Below the pieces are notes generated by a model. It did not search any database, was not told the DNA's origin, and saw only the letters and a list, made by a program, of their open reading frames with translations. Source: a virus (taxonomy: Duplodnaviria; Caudoviricetes). From it: a stretch of 64,000 nucleotides of DNA. Location: positions 83,320-147,319 of IMG/VR virus record IMGVR_UViG_3300021387_001565. One strand, written 5' to 3'. The position numbers were made by a program, and so were the translations under genes. Below, one piece after another: positions 20,227-30,072 of the stretch. Within the stretch, counting starts at the first letter, position 1. Each line of letters opens with the position of its first letter.

Positions 20227-20540
20227 GGTTTTTCATCTCCTTCCTCAGTGGGTATTTCTTCCTCTTCCGTTTCCTGTGCGTCTGTGATATGCCTTACCTT
20301 TGTTATCTTGATACCTGCAAGGGAGAATATCTCTGCTGTCCAAAATGTGAACCAACAGGTAATCAGAGTAGAGCTAACTTCGGTTGATGTGCCATACTGT
20401 ACATACAAACAAGAAGCAGTAAATAAAATAATTGCTATAATCGCTACGAGTAATACTACTCGGGAAGCGGTCATCCGTTTTTTCTTTGGAGTTTTAGAGC
20501 AGTTAGTCTTTTTCTTCGAACGCTTTTTCTTTGTGCTCAT
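20223..20540 (-). CDS. Two-TM membrane protein (holin/antiholin-like)
   Basis: Basic N-terminus, two hydrophobic segments, adjacent to holin. Confidence 0.65.
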   Translation of the reverse strand: MSTKKKRSKKKTNCSKTPKKKRMTASRVVLLVAIIAIILFTASCLYVQYGTSTEVSSTLITCWFTFWTAEIFSLAGIKITKVRHITDAQETEEEEIPTEEGDEKP

Positions 20541-23500
20541 TAATCATATACTCCTTATATATACCCTGTGCGGCGAAGCCATCTCTGACCTGCTCCCACG
20601 TTTCGGGCATAAATACGACATTAGGTAAGGACTTGAGCATATCAAGTTCCTCTTTGGGTATAATCTTTAACGACCATTCATCGGGCATACGCAGTACAAA
20701 CTTCTTATTGGGTTCATACTTCGCATAAAACATAGCCCAATAATAGGCGTTAACAAGACACCTAGCCTTGTGCATTTCGCAGATATAAGTTGCTCTGTGA
20801 TATACTGTACCGCTGTCTTGATAATTGTAAGCCGCACAATCAGCACAACCACCTGCGATGGGACAGAAGAAGCATTCATCTGTATTATAAGTTCGGCGGG
20901 TTACTCCGCAAATCTCACACAAAGTGCACTTCTCTTCTTCACACTGACATATTCCTGTATCAACGTGTCCGATACGGATAGGCGGTCTCTCATCACCGAG
21001 CGAACTCTCCATATACCTAATACAAGGATAAAGGTATCCGTCGGGGTCGCAAGAAAGCATGTCACCCAACCCCCCACAATTTCCAGACACCACACTTCCT
21101 GCAAAATACGAGTGGTCATCAGCAACAGTGATATTATACACCTCTTGAGGCTCGACATCCCTTGTCGTGAACCGAGACGTAAATAACATATCTCCGTCAG
21201 TAGAGTAATATCTGCTTACGTACTTTTCTGCGGGGATGTTTGCAAACCACCTGTCACCATGTCGGGTAACCTCTCTACCGAGTAGTATTTCTTTCTTCCC
21301 GTCTACTCTTAAGGGTTTATCACAAACAGGGCGATAACCTACTGTTCTTGCGATGAGCATTAACTCGTTAATTAAGGTCATTGACTGAGTAGATATATTA
21401 TAATAGTCTGCCCCAACCTTTTGCTTTAAATACCCATCGGCAGAGATAAAGCCCATCAGTAATGCTTCAAGTGATTCGTTATCCCAAGACCAACACTCAG
21501 CGGGGATATGCTTGTTATGGGCTAAATGTCCTATATCTTTAGCAAGTCTTACATAAGTATCGTAATTGGGATTACCAACGTTCTGTGTCTTTATGGGACG
21601 GAAGTTGTAAGTGGACGCTCCCTCGGAACATCCGTATACTATCCCTGCGTCGTCGTAACACTTCTTCAAATTATCGAGGTCGTGTTTGCCACAGCACAGA
21701 CGAGGCTCGGCGTTTTTGTCATCCCAACATCCGTCGCCTATTGTTCTTCCGAGCAGATAAGCAACACTCGCATCTACTGATACCGTTCTATTAGAGGGTA
21801 ATACTGCAACCCTTACTCTACTCTTTGTGGGATGCTTCACATTGTGTATTTCCTGCACTTCGTATTTCCCATAAGGTTTGAAGTGGTCGGTATTCTTCCA
21901 ACCTCTGTAGTCATAAGGCTCAGCAAATAAATGATGGTCTTTTGTGCATACCATAGGCTGAACGCCGCTTGCCCGTATCTCTACACAGTTATCGGCAAAA
22001 TGATGCATAGTGTTTATTACAGGCTTTATATTGCCTTGTTCGGTGTAGACCACATCACCAATTTTGATTTCTTCAATCGGTTTATACCCTTTATCGGTGA
22101 GAATCGGTGTACCCTTACCCCAACACCACGTCTGGGTATCACTGGGTAACTTGGGAGTGAAGAACGAATCCTCAAGGATAGATACGAAGATATCTTTTTC
22201 AAGATTATTGTCAAGTAAGTATTGGCATGCATCCTTTAATTGATAATACAATTTGGTGGAATGTTCCTGCGTCCAACCCTTCTCATAAACACAGTTACAG
22301 TTGATTTCCTTGTAGCCCATTTCCACCATGTGCTTAATGGCGTGTGATACATGGTCTATATTGCCCGGGGCTATGGTAATCTTACTGCCCATGTAGTATC
22401 CCTTGGACATCCAATCTTTCGCGGCGGCTACTGCTAAATCATACGAACCACTTCCATCGGGGAATACTCGGCAACTGTCGTGCAGTTCTTTATCACCATC
22501 TATAGTGACAGAGAATGAAAGGTTGTTCTTCCACTTCTTTAAGAACTTCTGTACCTTGGGTTCAAAATAGAGAGTTCCGTTTGAGCAGATACTGAACATA
22601 AATCTTTTTGCCCATGGATGATGAAGTTCAATTGCTCTATCGTAGAAGTAAGTGCAAACGTAGTCAATGAGGTCAACGTTAGTGAACGGCTCACCGCCAA
22701 TGAACTCAATGATAATTGCAGGGCTGAAACTAGGGTCAACATAGTCTTTGAAGCCCTTGTCACCCGATAACAACAGGTCTACGAACTTACGTGCGGTTTC
22801 CTGTGACATCATACGGGTTTTTTTGTTGATTTGGTAACAGTACGAACAGTTATGCACAAGAAAGTCGTTAGCTATATACACATGGCTTTCCGTTTCCATG
22901 TTATACACCGTAACTTCCTCGGCATCGATAAGTTCATTATCAAGTACGCTAACCCGACTAAAAATGCTCTTTCCGAGTAGACCATTAAGACTCTTTCGAG
23001 GAATTGCAGGACGAATGGTTGATAACAGGGCTAAAAGCTCTCCGTGCAGAGTAACTATCCACTTGTGGTCATAATTGGGTGTTGTTCCTGTGTCTGCTTT
23101 TGCCCATTCGATATTGAGTAAATCGGCACAGCGGGTCACTTCGTTAATAATGCGGTCGCTAGTGTTGGTAATACGGATAACACCCCCGACGTTGCCCTCA
23201 GTGTCGATTAACCCTGCAAGAAATCCTTTGGCATATGCGGTTGAGGTATTCGTTGCCAAATTGGATTCAATAAGGTTACGAAGCTGTTCCGTTGCCACTG
23301 CCCCTTGCGCGAATATTGCAGGGTAGGACACTTCCCCAAAAGCAAACGGCTTAACCGTAATGTCTATGCCGATGGAGCGCATGAACTGCTCAAGTTGGTT
23401 GGTACACTCGATATCCTTAACCACAAAGCGGTTCTGATAATTGGGTGTAGGAGCGTCTTTCAACTCGCCGTTCTTGTAGTATGCCATTGTCCCGTCACCA

Positions 23501-24048
23501 AGCCATACTCCTACCACATAACCTGCTCTATAATCTACATTGTCAATGTCGGGTATGTCATGCTCGACAATACCGTTAAACACCATCAGTTTAGTTTTAG
23601 GAGTAATGGTTTCGGCGCGTCGCCAATTCTTCCTATCGTCAAGAAACGGATGCTCATCTGTAGTATAGATGGTTGCTCCCTGAGCGGTAGTAATCTTCCG
23701 CACCTTGTCATGCCTGTGGAAGATATACTTTACTTTTGTCTTTGACAGGGTTATTTGCTTGCCCTTAGATGCTTTGGTGTCAAAGGACATTACTTCGTCA
23801 CCTACAGTAACATCCTCAATGTTCTTGTAGGTAAAATCCGTCATAAGGATTTTAGTCCCCGCAGGAAAGCATTTAAGATTACAGTAGTCAGTCACCTGAA
23901 AAGTGACCGTTCGTGATAATACGTGGTCTTTACCGTGCTTCTGTGGGCTACTACCATCATCCTCAGAACGTTGATTTAACTCGGGGTACAGGCGAGCAAT
24001 CATGTCTTGGTATTGCTCAAAGTGTAATCTGTCAGTTTTAACGCCCAT
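20503..24048 (-). CDS. Radical SAM/SPASM peptide maturase (CXXX-repeat target type) with two inteins
   Basis: After splicing: VTFQVTDYCNLKCSYCYQ (CxxxCxxC), EFIGGEP, SVTIDG.KELHDSCR, WCGG...YPCIRY, CFFCPIAGGCADC; about 491 aa mature. Confidence 0.93.
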   Translation of the reverse strand: MGVKTDRLHFEQYQDMIARLYPELNQRSEDDGSSPQKHGKDHVLSRTVTFQVTDYCNLKCFPAGTKILMTDFTYKNIEDVTVGDEVMSFDTKASKGKQITLSKTKVKYIFHRHDKVRKITTAQGATIYTTDEHPFLDDRKNWRRAETITPKTKLMVFNGIVEHDIPDIDNVDYRAGYVVGVWLGDGTMAYYKNGELKDAPTPNYQNRFVVKDIECTNQLEQFMRSIGIDITVKPFAFGEVSYPAIFAQGAVATEQLRNLIESNLATNTSTAYAKGFLAGLIDTEGNVGGVIRITNTSDRIINEVTRCADLLNIEWAKADTGTTPNYDHKWIVTLHGELLALLSTIRPAIPRKSLNGLLGKSIFSRVSVLDNELIDAEEVTVYNMETESHVYIANDFLVHNCSYCYQINKKTRMMSQETARKFVDLLLSGDKGFKDYVDPSFSPAIIIEFIGGEPFTNVDLIDYVCTYFYDRAIELHHPWAKRFMFSICSNGTLYFEPKVQKFLKKWKNNLSFSVTIDGDKELHDSCRVFPDGSGSYDLAVAAAKDWMSKGYYMGSKITIAPGNIDHVSHAIKHMVEMGYKEINCNCVYEKGWTQEHSTKLYYQLKDACQYLLDNNLEKDIFVSILEDSFFTPKLPSDTQTWCWGKGTPILTDKGYKPIEEIKIGDVVYTEQGNIKPVINTMHHFADNCVEIRASGVQPMVCTKDHHLFAEPYDYRGWKNTDHFKPYGKYEVQEIHNVKHPTKSRVRVAVLPSNRTVSVDASVAYLLGRTIGDGCWDDKNAEPRLCCGKHDLDNLKKCYDDAGIVYGCSEGASTYNFRPIKTQNVGNPNYDTYVRLAKDIGHLAHNKHIPAECWSWDNESLEALLMGFISADGYLKQKVGADYYNISTQSMTLINELMLIARTVGYRPVCDKPLRVDGKKEILLGREVTRHGDRWFANIPAEKYVSRYYSTDGDMLFTSRFTTRDVEPQEVYNITVADDHSYFAGSVVSGNCGGLGDMLSCDPDGYLYPCIRYMESSLGDERPPIRIGHVDTGICQCEEEKCTLCEICGVTRRTYNTDECFFCPIAGGCADCAAYNYQDSGTVYHRATYICEMHKARCLVNAYYWAMFYAKYEPNKKFVLRMPDEWSLKIIPKEELDMLKSLPNVVFMPETWEQVRDGFAAQGIYKEYMINEHKEKAFEEKD
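21079..22125 (-). mobile_element. Intein 2 (349 aa) with LAGLIDADG homing endonuclease
   Basis: CWGKGTPI...CTKDHHL...RTIGDG...GFISADG...VVSGN before +1 Cys (penultimate Gly). Confidence 0.92.
22849..23871 (-). mobile_element. Intein 1 (341 aa) with LAGLIDADG homing endonuclease
   Basis: CFPAGTKI...TTDEHPF...VWLGDG...FLAGLIDTEG...FLVHN before +1 Cys. Confidence 0.93.
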
Positions 24049-24068
24049 TAAATATCCTCTCAGTCTAT

Positions 24069-24098
24069 AAAAGGGAACGACAATAGCCGCTCCCTTTT
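24069..24098 (-). terminator. Terminator-like hairpin between accessory gene and radical SAM gene
   Basis: AAAAGGGA...TCCCTTTT. Confidence 0.55.
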
Positions 24099-24115
24099 AC
24101 ACATTTGGTTGATTA

Positions 24116-24457
24116 TTACTTAAAGAGAGCCTTGAACTCTTCCTCGGTAAACTTGTTACCCTTGTAGGTAATAGTTACCATCTGAGTAGCAAAATCCAAA
24201 TTCCAAGTGGTGTTTGCTCCGTCCTCGGTCAGAATCTTCTCGGGGATAGTGAACGTCTGAAACTCAGTCTTTGCCTTGTCGAACTCGGCAAATGTTTCCT
24301 CATATTCCTTCTTGTAGTCCTTGAATGAGTCAGTGTTGATGGGCTTGTCGTTCTCAAGCATAAAAGCAATGATTGACTTTCCGCTCTCAACTTCCCTTGA
24401 TAACCTCTCAATTCTCGTGGCAAAGGCAGGGTCTGCCTTAATGGTGATACTAAACAT
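24116..24457 (-). CDS. CXXX-repeat modification system accessory protein (TIGR04116-like)
   Basis: Helical hairpin then WNLDFATQMVTI; between Cys-rich gene and radical SAM; RBS AAGGAGAGG favours MFSIT start. Confidence 0.7.
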   Translation of the reverse strand: MFSITIKADPAFATRIERLSREVESGKSIIAFMLENDKPINTDSFKDYKKEYEETFAEFDKAKTEFQTFTIPEKILTEDGANTTWNLDFATQMVTITYKGNKFTEEEFKALFK

Positions 24458-24558
24458 AGTCCTCTCCTTCATAAGTAGTTAGTCTAAAAACTATTACTGA
24501 CACGTAGATTGCCCGTGTCAGTAATATCATACAATATAACGTTTTAAAAATCAACAGA

Positions 24559-26322
24559 TTACCAGTATATTGGAGCAAGCACATGTCCTGTCGCTGTTCC
24601 GAAACAACCCGAGGTACAATTAGACGAGCAACCTGTTGAGCAGGCGGTCTTACAGCCCGAAGAGCATCCTGCGGAGCAACCACTGCATCCCGAGCCACAT
24701 CCTGTACATGAGGATGAGCACGAAGTGCTACATCCTGTACAGCCTGCACTACAGTCAAGACTACATGAAGCAGTACAGTTAGAGGAGCAGGAATTTGAGC
24801 AACCTGTACATCCTGTACAGCCACTACAATCACATCCTGTGCCTGTATTACTTCCCGAGCCTGTGCATCCGCCACAGCCCGTACAGCCCGAACAACTGCA
24901 TGTTGATGAACCACCCGACTGTGATGTTCCTGTTGCACTTGTGTAACAGCCCGAGCAACCCGAACAACCGCCACTACAGCCTGTGCTACATCCCGAACAA
25001 CCACTACTACAGCCACCTGTACAACCACTGCCACACCCACTACATCCTGTACAGCCACTTTTGCATGCACTGCCACAACCCGTACAGTTGGAGCATCCCG
25101 AGCCACATGAGCCACCACAGGAAGACGTACAGCTTGAGCATCCCGAACAGCTTGACCAACACTTTGAACTACAGTTACCCAAACATCCTGTACAAGCACT
25201 GCATCCACTACCACATGATGACGAACAACCCGCACAGCCTGTACAGCCGTCACCACAGGATAGTTTACACGTAGAGGAACAACTTGACGTGCAGGAAGAG
25301 GCACAAACATCCGAACAACCACTTGTGCAGTCACCTTTACAGGTGTTGTTGCATGTTCCTGTACATCCGCCACCGCATTTGCCCGAACAACCGCTACCAC
25401 ATCCCGAACAACCACTGCATCCCGAGCAATTTGAACTACACGACTCACAACCACTTGAGCATGATGTACAGCCACTTTTGCAACCATTAGCGCAAGCCGC
25501 ACCACAACTTGAAGTACAGTTTCCACCACAATCTCCACAGCCATCAGCGGTGTTCTTACATCCACCACCACAGGAACTGTCACACCCGCTACAGGTTGAT
25601 TTGCAGGTATTGCCACAACTGCCACTACAGCCGCCGCTACAGCCGCTACCACAACCACTACACGAGGTACATCCACCCGAACAGTATCCGCTACAGTCGC
25701 CACGGCATCCGCCCGAGCACCCCTCACAGCCCGAACCACAGCCCGAGCCGCAACCGCTACATGCACCCCAACAGCCCGAGCCGCAACCGTCACAACCCGT
25801 ACAGCCGCTCTTACACCCGCTTGAACAGTTATCTTTGCAGTTGGCAGTACAGGTGCTTGAACAACCCGAACAAGAACTTGAACAGCCCGAACAAGTGCCC
25901 GAACAGCTTGAGGAACAGCCCAAACAAGTTCCACCACAGCCATTGCAGGATGACGCACAAGAAGAATGGCACAAGCCCGTACAGTTACCACGGCATCCAC
26001 TTGCCGCGAGGGTATTTGCTTCTTGGATACTTGCGTCCTCTAACTGAGTGAGCCATGTTGAAATAGTATCATAATCAAAATCATCGGGAATAGGTTGGTC
26101 TGAACTTACGTTCGTCAAATCTCCCAAGTCGTTGATTTTCAAAAGTAAGTCAATCGTCTTCTGCCCGTGTTCAGCATTTATAATAGAACCTGCGGTAGGA
26201 TTCGTTGAAAAGTCGTAAGAAGCATCGCTGTACTCACTTACTGACCCCGAATATCGTCTACGGGCAAGTTCTGCCTTTATTCTCGCTTTCAGCGTAACGA
26301 GTTGACTTGCTGTCATTCCCAT
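24559..26322 (-). CDS. Very long Cys-rich CxxC/CxxxC repeat protein (putative radical SAM substrate)
   Basis: About 108-aa Cys-free N-domain then about 122 Cys (hand count) spaced by S/G/T. Confidence 0.92.
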   Translation of the reverse strand: MGMTASQLVTLKARIKAELARRRYSGSVSEYSDASYDFSTNPTAGSIINAEHGQKTIDLLLKINDLGDLTNVSSDQPIPDDFDYDTISTWLTQLEDASIQEANTLAASGCRGNCTGLCHSSCASSCNGCGGTCLGCSSSCSGTCSGCSSSCSGCSSTCTANCKDNCSSGCKSGCTGCDGCGSGCWGACSGCGSGCGSGCEGCSGGCRGDCSGYCSGGCTSCSGCGSGCSGGCSGSCGNTCKSTCSGCDSSCGGGCKNTADGCGDCGGNCTSSCGAACANGCKSGCTSCSSGCESCSSNCSGCSGCSGCGSGCSGKCGGGCTGTCNNTCKGDCTSGCSDVCASSCTSSCSSTCKLSCGDGCTGCAGCSSSCGSGCSACTGCLGNCSSKCWSSCSGCSSCTSSCGGSCGSGCSNCTGCGSACKSGCTGCSGCGSGCTGGCSSGCSGCSTGCSGGCSGCSGCYTSATGTSQSGGSSTCSCSGCTGCGGCTGSGSNTGTGCDCSGCTGCTGCSNSCSSNCTASCSLDCSAGCTGCSTSCSSSCTGCGSGCSGCSAGCSSGCKTACSTGCSSNCTSGCFGTATGHVLAPIYW

Positions 26323-26329
26323 CTATCAA

Positions 26330-27394
26330 TCACCCCCAAACACTTCTAGGTGTCATCCATCTTTCAGTGGTACTGTCATATACCTTCTGAATATATCCGT
26401 TCGCTGTGTCGACCCAAATCATCTTCTTGTTTGTCGGAGCGGTCGGACCGAACCATGTGCTGTCAGCAAGTGCTCCGTATACAGTCTGAGAAGTGACCGT
26501 GCCGCTATCTGTGGTTATTGTTACGGATGCGTCAGAATTAAACACAAGTGACTTAATGGTATTAGCCTTTTTAGAGTACGTCGCTTTGATGTTATTTCCA
26601 TCTTCATCTTGAAGTGCTCTTGTCGCAGTACCCGCTGATGTAGCTGTTGTTGCGGTATCTGCACTTACAGCATGGGTCGCAGTCCCTACTGTAATATCGC
26701 TTGCGTTTGCCCAAACAGGAGCACTTGTTCCGCCCGAAGATTTCAAAATCTGTCCTGCTGTACCCGCTCCTGTCGGTGCGTAGAAGTTTGAACTGCTTGT
26801 GTATGCGTGCGAGTTATTTATGCTTGGTGTACCGTTATATACCGTACGTTCGGTCACAAGATTCGTTCCCGAACTAGTCAACGCAGTAGCCGATGAATTA
26901 TCCTTGATTGCCTTTGTTGCCGCTCCGCCAAGACCAAGAGCAACGCGTGCCGCAGAAGCATTGGAACTACCTGTACCGCCATGCTCGACAGGAAGAACGC
27001 CCGTCATTTGAGACAAGTCAGTAGTATCCGTGAATTTAGCGTCGGAAGGAACTGACTTATTTAATTCATAAGTACACGGATTGACTGCACCATTATTTAA
27101 GTAAACAGGTCTAGTCGCGCTACCGCCTGTCAAAGTAGACTTTCTTGCGTAACTATTGTAGATGTTATTGCCTTTATCGTCTGCTACTGCTCGCATAGCC
27201 GTGAACACAAAATTCTCATCAATCATGCTACGGAGCAGGTTGTACTCATCGGGAGTAAACGGAGCACCATTGTAGGCATTGGCAAGATTTACAATACCCG
27301 ACTCAATATTGTTCATATTGGTCTGATTCAACGGTGTTTGATTGTTTTTCCATTCGGTACGATTATAATTAACTGCCATTTTATTGCACCTCAC
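26330..27394 (-). CDS. Tail fibre-like protein
   Basis: YNRTEWKN..TPLN..NMNNIESGI, GVLPVEHGGTG..ARVALGL, ATxA repeats, GPTAP...IWVDT. Confidence 0.8.
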   Translation of the reverse strand: MRCNKMAVNYNRTEWKNNQTPLNQTNMNNIESGIVNLANAYNGAPFTPDEYNLLRSMIDENFVFTAMRAVADDKGNNIYNSYARKSTLTGGSATRPVYLNNGAVNPCTYELNKSVPSDAKFTDTTDLSQMTGVLPVEHGGTGSSNASAARVALGLGGAATKAIKDNSSATALTSSGTNLVTERTVYNGTPSINNSHAYTSSSNFYAPTGAGTAGQILKSSGGTSAPVWANASDITVGTATHAVSADTATTATSAGTATRALQDEDGNNIKATYSKKANTIKSLVFNSDASVTITTDSGTVTSQTVYGALADSTWFGPTAPTNKKMIWVDTANGYIQKVYDSTTERWMTPRSVWG

Positions 27395-27750
27395 TCAAGC
27401 CAAAACAATTTCTCGTTAATCAGTGTAGTAACCGTGAGTTCATTCTGATTGACTGTATTCCCTATCTTTATAGTGTAATAATACTTGCCCGGGTACAGGA
27501 ACTCTGTATCCGAGGTAGATAAATGAAATACCAAATCATTGTCTACAATATCTTCAAACTTAACCATCTTTTTGATGATAGCGTCTTCAAATAGTTGGTT
27601 AGGTTCAGCGATGCCCAAATAGAAAGTATCTGCTTCGGTGCATCCCTTAACGACATCCTTTGCGTTGTCAAGCAGACTTGTAAGGTGTATATCTGCTGTA
27701 TCTCCGCGAGTAAGACGAATAATTTTGTTGAAAGATATATGCATGGTCAC
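27391..27750 (-). CDS. Baseplate-associated Ig-like protein
   Basis: IRLTRGDT...L.TSDT..L.PGKYYY pattern. Confidence 0.6.
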   Translation of the reverse strand: MTMHISFNKIIRLTRGDTADIHLTSLLDNAKDVVKGCTEADTFYLGIAEPNQLFEDAIIKKMVKFEDIVDNDLVFHLSTSDTEFLYPGKYYYTIKIGNTVNQNELTVTTLINEKLFWLE

Positions 27751-28391
27751 ACCACCCTAAACTTGATAGTCTCTTCGGTCAAATAGTAATCATCGGATAC
27801 AATAGCAACAGTACAGGTGTATAGCCCACGGATGAATAAGTCTTTTGATACATCATCGGTGATACACACCACTGCGCTGTTTGCTCCTTCAAATATACGA
27901 GTAAAGACAGTCTCACGTCGCCAATCTGTAAACGTGATAACAAGCATCTTATCGGTCATGTTTGGAGTGAGAGTAACTTCTTTCGGGTCATTCTCATCGT
28001 AAACAAGTCCATCATCAACTACCCAAATATAGGATGTCTCTACTCCGTTCTGAGTTCTGCCTGTTCTTATCTCTGTACACGTCCACGACCTAATATCAGT
28101 GACATTATAGCACTTCTGACCAATCTTACCTACTGTTGTTGCCCTCGGCTCTCGTCCGACCTCATCATACAGTAAGGCATCTTCGGGAACATGTATCACT
28201 CTGTTTACAGTAAAGTAAAAATTGTTAGAGTTTCCATAATCCCATTTGTAGTCAATTAACTTACCCGTCTCGTCATGCTCTTCCGCAAGAGAAGAATACT
28301 TCATAACTATCTCTGAATCAGCAAGCCTGTCGTGCATATTATCGGGTATATAATTTGTATCTTGGTTTATATAATTATCAAACATTCCCAT
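27747..28391 (-). CDS. Probable baseplate/fibre-associated protein
   Basis: Beta-rich, first gene of the fibre operon. Confidence 0.6.
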   Translation of the reverse strand: MGMFDNYINQDTNYIPDNMHDRLADSEIVMKYSSLAEEHDETGKLIDYKWDYGNSNNFYFTVNRVIHVPEDALLYDEVGREPRATTVGKIGQKCYNVTDIRSWTCTEIRTGRTQNGVETSYIWVVDDGLVYDENDPKEVTLTPNMTDKMLVITFTDWRRETVFTRIFEGANSAVVCITDDVSKDLFIRGLYTCTVAIVSDDYYLTEETIKFRVV

Positions 28392-28406
28392 ATAATTGTC
28401 CTCTAC

Positions 28407-28502
28407 GTGAACTACTCCAACTTAATACTTCGAGTCGGAGATTCCTGCCTCATCCACTACCGCGCTTCGTTTAGCGGGGGGGGGATTTTCTTGCTGTTTT
28501 AA
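28407..28502 (-). mobile_element. About 96-bp non-autonomous IS605 derivative (left and right ends joined)
   Basis: One half matches 55410-55450, the other matches 56674-56726. Confidence 0.8.
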
Positions 28503-28536
28503 AAGCCACAAGAGCATTTAAGTTCTTGTGGCTTTT
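28501..28536 (-). terminator. Intrinsic terminator
   Basis: AAAAGCCACAAGA...TCTTGTGGCTTTT. Confidence 0.75.
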
Positions 28537-28570
28537 CATATACTCAACAATATATAATACAATTTTTCGA

Positions 28571-29584
28571 TTATCTTCTGCCTACAGGGAGTTTTCTCCA
28601 TTCGCCAACAGAGATAGGGTTAAGACCGCATAAGCGTCTGAAATCATTGATGTGCTTCATGGTCGTAGCACTCTCGCCGTCCCAAAGTCGAACAAACTTT
28701 CCGTTGGGGTCAACATAGCATACGAGGGTGTCATACGACTGTAAGTATGTTCTTCCGTTGTCATCCTCAATGACATTAGCCTTACCATAGTAAGACTTCT
28801 GACGTGTGGGGTTAAGTCCCACTGTCCTGCTCTCGTTCAGATGATATCTGCGGAGTGCCTCTTTCATGTATCTGCGGTGAGCGTTTTCAATCATGCGTCT
28901 GTGTGCGGGATTTCTGTAACTCTCACTCAGAACAATCTCAACGTCACCATTTTTGAGATTCCTGCGGATAGCATGGAACTGCTGTACGAGTTTATCAATG
29001 AAAGCGTCACGCTCGGGGGTCATATCAACCGTAGGGAGAGATGCTTGGATGACAAGAGCATTGTCATGATAAGGTGAGCCAACAACATCATCAGCAGTAA
29101 ATCTGCTTGACTTATCTGCACTTGCGCCTGCTTTGTTCCGTGCGCCTGTTAAGATGTCATAAAGGTTTGACCAAGCATCCTTGAATATCTTTTTGTCTTC
29201 CTTGGACAACTTCTCGGGGTCTTGTGTTCCCGACCAATCCATGTCGTGTGACCAATCAACAGCCTCTTTTAATGCTTTGGGCTGACTGAACGCGAGTACC
29301 CAACACATCTCTTCGTCAGAAGAACGGCGACCGTCAGAAATCTCTACGTTCTTGTAGTGGTCACGGAGTACCTTTCTTGCGTCATCCTTCTCTTCTTTGT
29401 AGTATGTGCGGATAGTTCCGCTATCCTTGGTGAAGTCTTTAGTATATGTCTTAATAAAATCTTCCGTCTCAGACATGGTGTAAGCGGTGTCCTCGGCACT
29501 CTCACGAAGATGCCGAGCAGGACTTATAGCAAGTCTACGTGTGGACTCTTGTACAGAACGTCCATATAAAGGTCTTTTACGCAT
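28571..29584 (-). CDS. Multi-module head cargo candidate with C-terminal QKSYYGKA domain
   Basis: Modules separated by basic linkers ending VQES/LRES/LKEA/LSES/LNES; last module homologous to 59336-59686. Confidence 0.8.
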   Translation of the reverse strand: MRKRPLYGRSVQESTRRLAISPARHLRESAEDTAYTMSETEDFIKTYTKDFTKDSGTIRTYYKEEKDDARKVLRDHYKNVEISDGRRSSDEEMCWVLAFSQPKALKEAVDWSHDMDWSGTQDPEKLSKEDKKIFKDAWSNLYDILTGARNKAGASADKSSRFTADDVVGSPYHDNALVIQASLPTVDMTPERDAFIDKLVQQFHAIRRNLKNGDVEIVLSESYRNPAHRRMIENAHRRYMKEALRRYHLNESRTVGLNPTRQKSYYGKANVIEDDNGRTYLQSYDTLVCYVDPNGKFVRLWDGESATTMKHINDFRRLCGLNPISVGEWRKLPVGRR

Positions 29585-29595
29585 AGGGGGTCTCC

Positions 29596-29991
29596 TTATT
29601 CCTCAGTTTCGTTGTCCTCTGTGTACTCTTCCTCGTCTTCGTCCTCGTCGGTATTATCGTGCTCTTCGGTATATTCGTCGAGCATTTCCTCAAAGATACC
29701 CGAAGCTACAGAGTAGCAGTCATCCCACAATGCCATATAAGCATCGTTAAAGTTTGCATTCTGCGGGGTGCAGTAATGCTTAAGAACTTCCCACTGGTCA
29801 TCGGTGTAAATAAGTTCATCATCGATAGCATCTGTAAGTGCCTCATTTAAGTAATCGTCTGCGTGGTAAGGAATATCATACGCCTGTTCTACCACATCAT
29901 CAAAATCGATACGGTCAATAATGCCCTCTACGATACCGAGGAAATCCGATGTGCCGTTTAACTTACGGCTAATCACGCTATAATAATCCAT
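29596..29991 (-). CDS. Ocr-like acidic DNA-mimic candidate
   Basis: EALTDAIDDELIYTDDQWEV and LWDD...EEMLDEYTEE acidic tail; start MDYYS after AGGAG. Confidence 0.6.
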   Translation of the reverse strand: MDYYSVISRKLNGTSDFLGIVEGIIDRIDFDDVVEQAYDIPYHADDYLNEALTDAIDDELIYTDDQWEVLKHYCTPQNANFNDAYMALWDDCYSVASGIFEEMLDEYTEEHDNTDEDEDEEEYTEDNETEE

Positions 29992-30072
29992 AATTATCTC
30001 CTTCTGTATAATAAGTGTGCCGTTATCTGCCAACACACTTATTATACATGATTGTTAGGTTAAAATCAACGG

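Noticed and set aside
24450-26051. 516-aa Val/Ala-rich minus ORF and Pro/Gln/His-rich plus ORFs
   Set aside because: Alternative-frame and antisense shadows of the Cys/Ser/Gly repeat codons; no convincing RBS or protein-like features
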